Notes under the pieces: generated by a model | Database searches by the model: none | What the model was told of the DNA's origin: nothing | Seen by the model: the letters and a program-made list of their open reading frames with translations, nothing else | Program-made: the position numbers and the translations under genes | Source: Octopus sinensis | Taxonomy: Eukaryota | Length of the DNA stretch: 64,000 bases | Reading direction: 5' to 3' | Assembly: GCF_006345805.1 (NCBI RefSeq) | Contig: NC_043000.1 | Coordinates: 71,920,001 to 71,984,000, forward strand | Shown here: piece by piece, positions 1 through 13,334 of the stretch | Position numbering within the stretch: position 1 is the first letter of the stretch | Layout: each line of letters starts with the position of its first letter

Positions 1-1716
1 GAAATTAGAACAAAAATGGGCAACTGGAAGTCCTCGGGACCAGATGGAGTTAAATGCTAGTGGATCAAAAGATTTGGTGAATGTCATGCACGAATAGCTG
101 CACAACTCAGCACATTGTTAAATGCCGAGCAAGTAACACCAGAGTGGTTGACAATTTGTAGAACAGTGCTGTGCTTGAAAAACATCGAAAAAGGCAATAC
201 GATAGACAATTACAGGCTGATATCCTGCTTGCTACTTACGTGGAAATTATTGACTGCAATAGTCGCAGAGAACATCTGGAAAAAATGGAGTTCTGCCACA
301 TGAGCAGAAAGGTTGCAAGCGTAGGTGCAGAGGTACCAAGGATCAACTCTTGGTAGACAAACTGTAATCAGAGACTGCAAGAGAAGGAAAAGTAACTTAG
401 CCATGTCATGGATCGACTATCGTAACGCGTACAATATGATCCCACATTCTTGGATTATGGAATGTAGGAACCTATTTGGTATTGCATCGAGTGTTGAGCA
501 ATTACTTAGAAAAAGTATGGCGAAGTGGAGGACGGAACTGACAGCATATGGAAGAAGTTTAGGGACAGTAGAAATCAAGAGAGGCATCTTCCAAGGGAAC
601 TGCCTGTCCCCACTGATCTTTGTACTGTGCATGATACCACTGATACCAATTCTGGGGAAAGCAAAGGCTGGGTATATATTCAAAAGCAGCCAACAAAACG
701 TCAACCACTTGTTATTCATGATGGCCTTAAATTTTATGGTAAAGATGAAGCCCAAGTCAGTTCCCTCGTTGATACAGTGTATACTTTCAGTGATGATATC
801 AGAATGGAGTTCTGACTGAAAAAGTGTAGTGTGTTAGTCTTAAGAGAAGCAAAATTAAATGTATGGGTGGGCTACCTTACCGCCGGGGGAGGTTATGAAG
901 CAGATAGAAGAGACGGGCTATAAGCACTTGTGTATTTTGGAAACGGATAAATTGATGGAGAAAGAAATGACAAAAATTTAAGGTGAAGTACTTGCGCAGA
1001 CTGAGACTTATCCTTAAGTCGAAATTAAACGGACGGAATAAGATTGAAGCTATCAATACCTGGGCAGTTTCAATCCTTAGATATGGAGCAGGGGTAATCG
1101 CATGAACAGCAGACGAACTAAATAGCTTAGACAGAAAGACAAGAAAGTCACTGACTAGATATGGGATACTCCACCCAAAAAGTAACACAGACTCCGTGTA
1201 CCAAGAAAAAGAGGGGGATGATGACTGATTGGATGCGAACACAACGTTAGAGCAGAAGAAAACAGCATAACATGGTATGTAAAAAATTCCACAGAACCAC
1301 CATTAGTAGAAGTAAGAAGGTCCGGCTTGTGTAGGATGGAAGATTGCAAAGATAAAGCTCTATACAAGAAATTGAAAATGAATGAAACTGAAAATAGGTG
1401 GATAAAGAAAAGAATGCATGGGCAATTTCACTGGGATGCTGAAGATAAGACAGACAGAGAAAAAAGATGGCTATGGATGACTAAAAGTAATTTAAAACCA
1501 GAAACGGAGGCTCTAATCTGTGCTGCCCAAGAGCAAGCACTAAGAACGAATTACATAAAATACAGAATAGACAACACATCAGAAAATGATAAGTGCAGAA
1601 TTTGTGGAAAATATGGTGAAAGCGTATGACATATTATCAGCCAATGTACGCCACTAGCCCAGAAAGAATAAAAGAGACACCATGACAATATAGCAAGGAT
1701 TGTCCCTTGTAAAGTG
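1..1716 (+). mobile_element. R4/Dong-like (RLE-type) non-LTR retrotransposon relic: RT plus CCHC finger, frameshifted
   Basis: WIDYRNAYNMIPHSW, RGIFQGNCLSPLIF, LICAAQEQALRTNY, CRICGKYGESV.HIISQC, followed by (AAT)n. Confidence 0.85.
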
Positions 1717-1808
1717 TACTCTTATCTGGCGGGTAGTCATGATGTGTATACTGGGCTTCGTATATTTTATCTCTGTGTCACTTTTATGGCATGCACTGGT
1801 TTCTCACG

Positions 1809-1820
1809 TAATAATAATAA

Positions 1821-1899
<79 letters not shown>

Positions 1900-1930
1900 T
1901 TAATAATATTTCTCACATAATGATAATAAT
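1809..1930. repeat. (AAT)n microsatellite between tail-to-tail R4-like and Tx1-like elements
   Basis: Direct reading. Confidence 0.95.
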
Positions 1931-4900
1931 ATTGATTTCTTTATTCACAACTAAGGATTTACAAAATCATTGAGGACGGAACAGACAATACAATATGGAG
2001 TTACATAAAATAAAGCTTGTAAACAATGAAATTGATAAAATAAATTTTAACTACGAAAGGTTACCCAAAAGAAGGAAACTTCCTTGGATTGCTCGTGGAG
2101 ATATCCGAAAACTACAAGGGCTAGTGTTCTCTCTACATCATCCTCCTTCAACCTACAGGCGCATGCTTAGAGCAGGCCCGTTCACTCTGACCATTCCTGT
2201 CACACTAACCCACCTTTCAAAAGAATTGTTGGGAGACAGCACTTCACTCTCTGCCCTCACCTTCCTTTTCAAGTGAAACTTGAAAAAGGTGATGAGGGCT
2301 TGGTGAAAGAGAAAAGTATATGTCTTCAGCCTTTTAAGTCTGGTCTACCATACAACCTCTTTCGCTAAGACAACCAAACAAAGAAACACTACCTGCTCTC
2401 CCCAGTCAAAGGAAGGCGATAGCATAATGTTCACAATGAACTCAACCGACAGCCGAATCTCGTCCTACACTTGACAGCAGGTGTTCAACATCAGCCCACA
2501 AGTCAGCAATGCTCCGGCACTGCAAAAGCGTATGCGGAACAGTTTCGTCGCTTTGCCGGCTATTCCATGCCTGTGGAGTTATTCCGGAATCAGCAATGTT
2601 CCCCTGTAGCACTCTCATGCCAAGGATTTCTAGAAATTATCCTTAGACCTCGGTCCGAAAGCCACTCGGAAGAAACCGGCTCGTTGATTCTCGTCGACGT
2701 CCAGAGTTTTTCCGAGAACATCGACACGCAAGTTGAACTTCCACCGACCGCATTGCCCGAGGACCATGAGCGCCTGATGACACTCTAGGCGCCAGTGACC
2801 CTGCCTTGGTCTAAGCTTACTCTAGGACTGCAACCCAGCCAAAGTGACGAACTGTGGAAGAGCGAGTTTGGCAAACGGTGACCACACCGGCTCACTGGCA
2901 AGAAAGCACTGATGTAGCCTCAGCGCAGATCTGTGCATCAGCAGCCACGGCATATCCAGTCCTCCATTTAGCGGATATTGACAACAAATGGAACGCCTGA
3001 CCAGTGGAACATGTCCCTGCCACAGAGAGAGGAAGTGTATTTGCTCCAGTTTGAACTGACGTAAACTGGGGCAAGGTACGATGGTCAGGCGATGTAATAG
3101 AGACGATGTATGCACTCACAACCTCGCATTAACTTTCAAGGGCAGCTTTCTTTCCGTTCATTTCTGGGAGATTGGCTATCCTGCTCGTCATCTCATCCCA
3201 GTTCTTTTCTATCTTGAGATCTGAACCAAACCAGATCCCGAGCAATTAAACTGGTCCCACTGTCCAGCGTCCCACGACGTTATTGTATGGCATGGGCCTG
3301 CATATCCAGGTGCATATCCTGCATATCCACTGACTTTTCTTGGTTAATTTTTTGTCCTGTCATTGCCTAGCATTCTTTTAGAGCAATACCAATCAGGTCT
3401 ATGTGCCTAGTGTTCGACGCTATGACGGTGATGCCTGCATATGCCGACACGTTTCTCCCACATCTAAGTTCGCCTGGGATACTTCTCAAATCCTCCAATT
3501 TCTGCAGTAGTGATTCTAGAGCCAGTACGTACAGGCTTTTGGTTGATCCAGATTGATCAGGTCCCCACCCAGCCAACTTCTTACTCACTCTGTCTATGAT
3601 GTATCGCATGAGGTGGAAGTTGTTGTGGATAAATATATGCTTAAGATGGCACATGTTTGCGGTTCATCAATCAGTTCCTCGACGACAACCTCTTTGCTAA
3701 CATCTTGGCCAAAATTTTGAAATCTGCGTTCAGCAGCGTTATGGGTCAAAAAGTTTCCATTTGATCACCCTTTCTTAACAGTGTCACCGCCCTTCAACTC
3801 ACAGAACTAGGGATCCTCCCGTTCTGCTGTCAGTCGCTGTAGATATCTGCTAAGAGGCCGCCAAACAAATCTGGCATATAAAAGTAAATCTTGTAGGGCA
3901 GACCATCTAAACCAGGCGATTTGCCATCCGTGCAGTCCACTATCAAACCCTGTATTTCTGTGGCTGTTATCAGTCTTTTACAACTCTGCGCCTGTTGTCG
4001 AAAGTCGTGGCACGCCGTCGAAGTAGGCACTGAAGTCCATTCTATGTTCCGGACTGCCATTCGTTCCAAGCAGTTGAGCAAAGTGCTGTTGAAATATTGT
4101 TTGGTGTTTGTAGTGTTGGAGACATTTGCAATTGTATTGGTGTAGAGTGTGTGGGTGTGTGAGGGTTTGTTGGTTTCTGTCTCTCCTCTAATCTCTTCGT
4201 TTTCATTTTGTAAGTTTTTCTTTTTCCTATCACCAGGATCCATTCTGGTGTTTTTCCACAAACAGTTTCCCTCGCTAGACGAGTTTTCACAGTTCACTGT
4301 GGTAGGGGAAAGAGGTATGTCTGCACAGTCGTGCATTTCTAGGTTAGGGGTCTAGTCGATTGCTGTGCGTGAGTCTTCTCTCGGTTGCGATGGTGCAGGT
4401 GAGGTTATTGTTTATCTCGGGCGCGTACCGGTGCTTGCTGCTGATGTTGTTGAATGAACTTCTACGATTCCTTCTGTTGATGTTGTTGTTTTGGATGCAT
4501 GCTGCTGCTTTTGGCACAGATGCAGTTAGTGTTATTATTGGTGCTGTTGCTGTTGATTTTGGTGCTGTGGTTGTGTCAGAGGTGTCTGCAGTAGCGAGGT
4601 TTTCCTTTTCTTTGCATGAGACAGAAAGCCTATAAGTGGTTTATCTCGCCACAAATATATCTCGCCTTTCTATCCTCAACTACTACGAATTACTGTATGC
4701 CTTTAGAGAGATCGTTCAAGTCAGGGACAGCTTTGCTACTGTTCTTAACGGCGTGTATCCATAATTTCATTACCGTGCCTGACCAAGTTTCTTTTCCCAT
4801 TTTGAGCACTTGGAGAATTATCATTTTGTTCTCTTTATCGTATAATACGGCTGCCACCAGCAAAGAGATGTCCACTTCCGGTGGTACCTCTGTTATATTT

Positions 4901-5800
4901 ATTTTAACCGCTCTCCAACCGATGTATGTTGCAATTAACCACAATTTTTCACTTCTGAGTTTTGTTGTCGCACTTTCTTTTGCTAACTCTTCATTTGGGA
5001 ATCTCACCTCAACTGTGTTAAAGCATTTCCGAAGGGCGACATAAGTATCTATCCCTAAGATTGGTCTTAGGCATTTTTCGATCTGGGTCTGCGTCGCTCG
5101 ATCCAGTATCCTGGTTTTTGTTGAAATACATTTGTATATAACAATTTTTTAGTGCCTTCCTGTGTTTCCTCTGGTGTGCTTAGAATTACTATTCTGTCAT
5201 CCTCTGTTAAGAGATCTTTTGCCTCACTTAACGTTTTATCTGACGCGTCAGATTTCTCCATTCTACGACACGCACGTTAGAAACAGTTCCTATTTTGTTT
5301 AGAAATAAGAACGGTTGGTCTTTTCGCTGTATTAATGTTTGTGTTGGTGGTGGCAGTAGTAACTGTTGGTGGTAGTGGTGGAATTGGTGTTATCACTGGT
5401 GATGGTGGGGTTGCTGTTGATGCTGTTGTTTACGCTATTTTCGTCCCACTCCGCATGCTTAACGTCGTACTACAATTGGTAATGGTGGTGGTGTTGCTGT
5501 TGCTAATTTTTTCCCGCGATACTGACAGCTCCTACTAGTTCGACGATTTTCAGGTTGTTGTTGCCGCTGCCAACACTCTCGTCGGTCAGCTCACAGTCAT
5601 TTAGTAGAATGGGTGAAGGAAAAGAAGAAAAGTTTTCGGCTGTAGAAGGGCTGGTAGGAATAACGCTTCTCCCACTCGATGCTCTCATGATGGCTGTTGT
5701 TGACGCCATCTTGTATATGTATCTTGTCTTTTAAAAGCTAAACAGGCGTTCTTTGGAAGGCAAAACATCACCCGTTACGGAGCAAAATAACCACAAACCA
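1931..5800 (-). mobile_element. Tx1/L1-like LINE relic with ORF1, RT and 3' end; endonuclease region apparently deleted
   Basis: ORF1 pieces at 5503-5709, 5067-5261 and 4690-5007, with a decayed CCHC knuckle (ICGEINHL.AFC). RT motifs PGLDGLPY, PITLLNADFKILAK, HLMRYII, SICCQYPLNGGLDMPW. AATAAA at 1940-1945. Confidence 0.85.
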
Positions 5801-6477
5801 CCAGTCAAAAGACTCTTGGTGTTCTCAGTAACAAATTTAAGAAATCAATAGACATAGCAGTGTCATGAATTGTGATTAAAAAGTCATCAAAACCTTAGCA
5901 GATTTATTGTCACTCAAAAGGGACAGAGAGTTCACCGACCACCGACATCAAACATCAAACAGTCATCAACATTCACCTATTCCCATCCATACGTACGTAC
6001 AATACACATCCGCACTTAGATTATTCGGTGTCATAGTAAAACGATAACCTAATTTAAATAACTGAATTTACATTGTATATTTATATGATCAATTTGTTTC
6101 ATATTTGCCTGTTTTAAGTCACACCTTATCCTATATGTTCCGGATCGATGTTTAAAATCTTACCCGTTTAAAATATTACCTGATGATGGTGGATAATGTA
6201 TTATGATGTAATCTTTTAAGACTGCATTAAATAAATAAAATTCTATTGAAACAACTGTCGTAAATTATAAACGTTATTTGTATTTACTTTTTATACCAAC
6301 GATCCCCGATCACTTGGATCTATGGTTTAAATCAGATTTATTATTTGCATGTCTACAGTATCCTACCGATACTTGATGTCATCGATATTTACTCCACTGT
6401 AAATTATCGTACCTAGCCATCTCTGGTGTTCTATGAGTTGGTGTGCCTTGATTCTTATGAATCCCATTTACAAAATC

Positions 6478-6585
6478 ATGTGTGTGTGTGTGTATGTATG
6501 AATATGCGCATGTACAGAGAGAGAGAGAGAGAGAGAGATAGAGAGAGAGAGAGGGTGAGAGTGAGAAAGAGAGAGAGGGCGAGAG

Positions 6586-6623
<38 letters not shown>

Positions 6624-6625
6624 AT

Positions 6626-6656
<31 letters not shown>

Positions 6657-6660
6657 AAGA
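6478..6660. repeat. (GT)n/(GA)n compound microsatellite
   Basis: Direct reading. Confidence 0.95.
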
Positions 6661-7319
6661 ATTAAGGCGAGTGTCAGTTGCCGTACTGTAGTCCTTAAGC
6701 TAGTAGGAGCGAGATCGTTCGCTTTGCATACTCTTTATATTGGGTAGGTCTGGCTGTTGACATCAGCTGGTATTGAATAACGCTGTACTCATGTTTGTTA
6801 CTACACTCAGATCCAGTCTCGACAGATTTCTGGTAAAGTCATCATTTGAAAGTTCGGTAGATTAGAAACAAATCCTGAGTTCAAATCAAAGTACTGAACT
6901 GTTACATAATATAACCTTACCTAATTTAAGGCACTGCATTCCATCAAGAAGACTCAAAGTCTCTGTTTTTATTGCGTGTGTCTCCCTCTTTTCAAAACTT
7001 GACTTACTTCGCTCCCCTCGAACTGCTAGCTGGTTTCGTCTTACTGGGAAATGACATACTAGGAAAGGAGTTACACTCAGATCCAGTCTGGACAGATTTC
7101 TTTTTTTACTTATTTCGGCTAGAGAAGAGTTTCCTTTTTCTGCTGATAAACTTTCAGTTTATCTACATATTTACAGAAAAGTAGTCTAGATATAGTAAAC
7201 AGCTTCGATTCAGATTTTTGAAAGAGAGAGATGAAAAATATATGAAAGGAATATGAACTTCATTTCAACTAGAATGAAAATAAAGTAACCGTGTCGGTTT
7301 GAAAATGTGATATTTATAC

Positions 7320-8040
7320 AGTATACGAGCATCAAAGACAACGTAAAAGAAGGTTCTATGATGAAGTTGAAGAGAATGAAGGAACATTTGATACTCGAAT
7401 CATGCTTAGTGTTGTTAGAGTCTACTATAACTGTCGCACGTAAAAAAATTTAAGCACTTTAAAAACGAACCTTCCAGATTTAATGATCTAACGCGAAAGG
7501 ATTTTGACAACGCTGATAATGTTAGAAGTTTTAGTAGACACGTATTCAAACGTCATTCGCAATTAAATTGAAATCAGTAAAGTTTCTTTCATTCAAACAC
7601 ATATACAAAGAAATAATGAGAGCTAACAATAAGGTAAATTCAAATTCCGAGAAACCGACTGTAAACAACATATCTAAATTCATGACCGCCAATTTCTGGC
7701 TGAATCGTTTGAGCGTCGGAAAAAATGCTCTGCGGTATCTCTTCCGGCTCTTTGCTTCTGAGTTTAAATATCGCTCAAGTCAACCTTGCTTTTCATCCTT
7801 TCTGGGTCCATGAAATAAGTACCAGTTGAGTACTGGAGACGATGGTATTAACTACCTCACTCCTCAGAAATTATTGGTCTTGTTCCTTTTTATGACCCTG
7901 CTTATAACTAGTGTCATTGCAGAACGATAATTTAATCAGCTGTAACATATAAAACTCTACTCTCGTTCTTCAATGAATAAAGATAGATTGAATGGGTTAG
8001 TTTTGTTCTCCATCGAAAGAGACTTGGCTACTGAGGTAAT
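7320..8040 (+). mobile_element. Decayed hAT-family transposase C-terminus
   Basis: 7890-8030 translates MTLLITSVIAER*FNQL*HIKLYSRSSMNKDRLNGLVLFSIE, resembling the hAT dimerisation motif. Upstream RRFYDE-like remnant. Confidence 0.7.
7715..7880 (+). mobile_element. Diverged tRNA-derived SINE copy inside the hAT relic
   Basis: Similar to the 8400-8627 copy (ttttcatcctttctgggtc...aaataagtaccag). Confidence 0.7.
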
Positions 8041-8399
8041 AAAGTAATAAATAACTTAGCTAAAGTGAAGCCTAGACGAAGGAGACCGTCATAGTCTTTT
8101 ATATATTTTCCCATTATATAATTTTGTTTTCGCTTCAAATTTAAAATAAAAAATTAATTAATTAAATACAACACAGGTTTTTATTATGTCTTGAAATTTA
8201 TGAGCTTACTGTAAAACCTTTATTATTGTTTTGATTTTAAATACAAAATAACAATTATGTTGTATAAAACTGTAACTTCCTTGTGTTTTGATTGTAGTGA
8301 TTTTCATAACACACATGCACAAAATGTGAGCTTAACATTATTGTGTCATGGCACCTTTTCATGCGTTCGTTCCCACTAACGTTATAAACTGACTATCCC

Positions 8400-8627
8400 A
8401 GCTGGCAGAAACGTTAGCACGCCGGGCGAAATGCTTAGAGGTATTTCGTCTGCCGCTACGTTCTGAGTTCAAATTCCGCCGAGGTCGACTTTGCCTTTCA
8501 TCCTTTCGGGGTCGATTAAATAAGTACCAGTTGTGCACTGGGGTCGATATAATCGACTTGATCCCTTTGTCTGTCCTTGTTTGTCCACTCTATGTTTAGC
8601 CCCTTGTGGGTAGTAAAGAAATAGGTA
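8400..8627 (+). mobile_element. tRNA-derived SINE, monomer
   Basis: A-box-like TGGCAGAAACGTTAG, B-box-like GAGTTCAAATTCC, conserved core gactttgcctttcatcctttcggggtcga...aagtaccag (possibly a Meta-type domain), ends gaaataggta. Confidence 0.9.
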
Positions 8628-9324
8628 AGATATATAGTAATTCAACTCGCCTCCTTCTACATATAGTAACAACAAAATATACAGAACAAATTTAACATAG
8701 ATAATAAAAAAATTCAATTGTAAAAATAAGAATGAAAAATATCTAATAGTGCAAAGTATATTTTATTCATATTTTCTTTAAAGCTTTAAACAATAAGAAG
8801 CTTAATTGAAAATGAATGTAAATGGAATTTCTTTTTACAAATAAACTGAGAAAGAGAGATAGGGAGAGTGAGATAGAGAGTGAGAGAGAGGGAAGAGAGA
8901 GACAGAATGTGAGAGATAGGGAGTGAGAGAGAGATGAGGGAAAGAGAGAGCTAAGGAGATGAAATATAGCGAGGTATAAGGCAGGCTTCCTCAGAAAATA
9001 TAGAGATAAAATGATGTAAAAAGAAAACAGAAAAGTAGGAAAGGCGTAAGCTGGAAAGTGGAAAGAGACTGCTTTTCAAAATGTCGATTGTTTAAGCTAC
9101 TGTTTTATTGGTTTTATTGTTTTTGCTTTTGCTGCTACGATCATTGCTTCACAATCGTCTGTGTTAAGTCAAATTCCTTGCAGTCACTGCTTTTACTATC
9201 CTTCATAATGATGATAGCCACAGTGATTTTGTTTCATTGTTGTTCATAATGTAAGTATTTAGGGGATCTAGTAATAATTGTTGTCAGTTTGATTATGACT
9301 AATAAATTTCATTTTTAAAATGTT

Positions 9325-9330
9325 TTTATT
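9325..9330 (-). terminator. Candidate polyadenylation signal AATAAA
   Basis: AATAAA on the minus strand about 55 nt after the stop codon. AT-rich context makes a chance occurrence possible. Confidence 0.35.
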
Positions 9331-9383
9331 GTTCTTGGTAAAATGATTATTGTTAATTGTTTCTACTTAGATAATCAAATTTG

Positions 9384-9970
9384 TTAGTTACTCTCAGGGT
9401 GCATGTAACCGTTACATAAAGAGCGAAAGTGAAACGGTGAGTGTTGTATTTTTGACACAAGTTCTTCGTAATTTGGTATTTCAAAAACATGGTGACCTGT
9501 AGGGTCACTGGCGAGTGTGTTGAGAAAATTTGTGTATGGTCCATTATCACTGTCAATGCTGATGAAGAATAGTTCTGTTCCTTGCATCTTCAGTTTTTCT
9601 ATCTCTTCTATCAATGTCTCTGAAACTGAAGTTACTGATGGCTCTAGAAAAAGAGTGACAACCTGTTTGGGCATTTGACCAAAAAATCTACTATGTAAAG
9701 CTAATCTGAACATATCATAACGTATTCTGCGCACTGTGTCTTCTAAAGAAGGAAATGTTAATTTAGTTTTTCTAAAGTTTCTTGGTCCTCCACTAAGGTC
9801 CTTCGGCATCGAACTTAGAGGTACATTCAGATTTTGAGGACAATAAGCTTGTGATACAATAGAAAACTGATTATAACCGGAAATTGGTAAGAAGTTGGCA
9901 ATAAAATCGTAGATCATTTGCGATTTATACTGACCGAGACCCAACAAATCAAATCCAAATGCAATTACAC
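9384..9970 (-). CDS. Exon 5 (last coding): degenerate VWA-like domain lacking MIDAS
   Basis: [10 protein letters not shown]...[10 protein letters not shown]...[10 protein letters not shown]...[19 protein letters not shown] fits the VWA beta/alpha pattern. Acceptor ttttgtttcag|, phase 1, stop TAA at 9384-9386. Confidence 0.88.
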
Positions 9971-12900
9971 CTGAAACAAAAAAAAAAAAAATAAAGAAAC
10001 GGAATAAGAAAGTAAAATATATAGAAATGGTTAGAAATCGAAACGATGCTTAGTGTAAATAAATAACAGTTTATTTGTAACTTAGGCAAAATATTTTCTT
10101 TTGAGTAGCTTCAACCAGTCTTTTGTTTGGAAGATCTCGGAACATAATAGGAGGATGATTTTAGGTTGACTATATTTTCTACCAATTCGCCCCACTTTGA
10201 TTCAAATTTTCAATGTAATATCAAAATCCTCTGCAGCAGAAGACGTTTATTTTGTGCTGATCTAATTCATGAAATATTTTTGGAGATGTATAAAGAATAA
10301 AAGCAAAAGATTTATTGGTAGAAAAGGTACTCATCTCCCCATCTCTTTCTCACACGCGCAATAATCCATACTAGCTTGTGCATTAATATGTATACAAAAT
10401 TTTGCTCTGGAGACTTGAGCAAAATGTTTGCAAAAGGTTTTACAAGAAATAAACCAACATATGTTCGACCTTATAGTCTGCTTCACTCTAACCTTATCCA
10501 GATGAGAGCATGTAAATTTTTATGAAAGATTAAATAACTGTGCAAATGTGTAACTGGAGCTGTTTGTGCTGAATGCTGTATACAGCTATTTTCTGTTCGA
10601 GAGAGATTGGTTAAAGGAATACAATGGGATTTGCTATCAAGCTGTTGAATATCTTTTGCAGCTTGAAAAGCACATAAGTTTGTGACATTGAATTAATTTT
10701 AATTCAACAGTAAACTTGATTTTGAAATTTTATTACTTATGGTTGTCTAAGGCCTAAATCATGACGGATCGAGCAGGCATATCAAAAGTATATTACCGTG
10801 CATTAAATTATGAATTGTGTCCTTTTAATATTGTAGTGTGTGATTTGTTAGAGATTTGGCCATTATTTCTAAGCAGATCAAGTGGCTTCGTTGGGTCCCT
10901 CTTTTGAGTTGAATTACAACTGAAGGATTAAACTGTAATCTAAGTGCTGGAATATTAATTTCTATTAGTGTGGAATTACTAACGGTTATTATGATTACAA
11001 GTTTCTACTACCGTTATGTTGAGAAAAGAGACCAGAAGTGACTGGAGCGCCTGCGTTTTAGTCAGAAATGCAGCTGCATGTAGATGTTCAGAATTGCAAA
11101 TGATTCGGTTTCAGCACCGTTGATATTAGTATACAATGCATGTAATAGCAAAGAAGAATTGTTAGTGTTAAAATCCCCGAGGGCAATGATTTTGAAAACG
11201 AGCGAGGCAGATGTTCTCAAAACAAGAAGGAAAATGGACAAAGAGTTGTTCGTGGCTGAGAGAGTTCGGAGAATGATAAAGGAAGCAGATGTATTTAGGG
11301 GAGTGGAGAAGGGAGACTTGGAACCAGATTAACAAGTCTTTATTGTTGATGTCCAGATGAAAGTGAGTATGGCGTACAGACACCACTACTCACAATAGTA
11401 TTTTATTTGAAACTAATAGTTCGCAAGAGCATTCATTCTACCGAATAATTGTGTGACGATAATTACTCAAGAACATAGATATCACATGAAATAGTAATTG
11501 TGGTATTATGTGTTTTTTAATATTTCAGACATTAATGAGCATAGTTAAGTTGTTTAGAAGCTTAAATGACAGTCACACACCCTCGCACGAAGAAATATGA
11601 GTATCTAGATAAAATCATGGTTTATTTACTGAAAAACATTTAAAAATATTTTAGAAAAGTCTCCAGAACGCATGCTGTTATGCATATTGTGCACATGTCT
11701 CTTTGTTAGAAAGAAGTGAATCTTTCCCATCAACAAATGCTTTTAAAAATTCTTTGTAGAGAAATTTCTTAATTTGTGTCACTGATAATATTTTAAAAGC
11801 ACAGTTATCATTTTGTATCATATCCTCTGACAAGTAGTGGTAAGTGGTATTATTATAGAATGTATTGAATAAAATTGGATTCACATCAATGATGATACAT
11901 CTTTTTTAAGTATGAAACTATTTTTTATGATCGCTAGAAAAAAGGTATAAGGAAAAAAATAAGTGTATTTTAAAGTTAAATACTTTATCGATATCTAGAA
12001 GAGTGGAAAATCCGCGAGCCAAAAGTTATTAACTACTGAAAAAGACTCTACAAGGAATATAGATAAATGAGAGAAAGCATTTTAAATTATTGGAACAGTA
12101 AAAACTCTCGCTGAGTTAATTTGCAGTGTTTTACTTTCATGAAATATATTATAACTCCTTATGCCTCTTGAATTTTGTTAATATTAAAAATAATCTCGTT
12201 GCATGCAGAGAAAATAAAATAGATATCGAGCACTCTTTGTATAATTGATTTACTTACTGGGGTTTGGAAAATGAGGACGAGGCCAAAATAACACTTGCCA
12301 GACTGGTCGTTGTGCAGGAAATGGACTTCTTGTGGATATTGGTTGTGGAACCCAGGTTCGAGTAGAATGTATGGTTGTTGTAGGCTTCGTTGTAGTTGGT
12401 TCACTTGTAATTTTAGGTGTAGATGTTTCACGTGTTGTTTGCATTGTAGGTTTGGGTGTAGGAATAGTAGTTGTTGATAATGTTGTAGCAGGCTGTGACG
12501 TGGTTGTTTCTGCTATTGTTGTTGTTGCTGCCGTAGTGGTAGTGCTACTCGCCATTGTCATTGGTGTCGTGTCTGGAATATCTGAATTGATAGTTTACAT
12601 ATTAATCAACAGCCTTGCCGATATGTTAATCATGATACCCAATGGTATGTGGATTAAACAACAATATTATTGAGGACTTTTATTAAACGTGTTCACAAAT
12701 TTTTGTCGCTGTTCGAACTTTAAGAAAACCATTCAAACAAAATTTCACGTAAATCAAAATTACACAAGTGCAGTTGAATAGATAAAATTTATATAGCAAC
12801 ATGTGACATATTGCTTATTTCACACTGTGATATTGCATAAATTGTACATTAAATCAAAAGTAAATTATTCAAAATTTTATCATTACAAAGATAGAATAAA

Positions 12901-13088
12901 AAATAGATAAAATAAGTAAATAAAGATTGTGATGGCATTGGAATTCCACTTCCTTTTTGACGTCAAAAGTTTTTGGAAAGGTATGAAACAACCCTACTTT
13001 CACTCTTTAAAGTAAAAATCCATACTAATGCAGTTTTAAAAGAGGACAATATTATTTTTCATGTTCATCACCGTAAAACAAGACGTAA

Positions 13089-13183
<95 letters not shown>

Positions 13184-13255
13184 CTATGTATATATATATT
13201 ATATATATATACATATTAATATATATATATATATATAATATATATATATATTATA

Positions 13256-13286
<31 letters not shown>

Positions 13287-13287
13287 T

Positions 13288-13334
<47 letters not shown>

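Noticed and set aside
6802-7101. 30-bp direct repeat pair as LTR or CRISPR-like repeats
   Set aside because: Only two copies, no array and no LTR termini; eukaryotic context.
8400-8480. SINE heads as tRNA genes
   Set aside because: No complete cloverleaf; they continue into the SINE core found many times in the window.
12159-12431. Alternative-frame ORF containing VLDIYFIF, reminiscent of a VWA start
   Set aside because: It crosses the strong exon 4 donor into the intron, has no DxSxS, and ends soon after.
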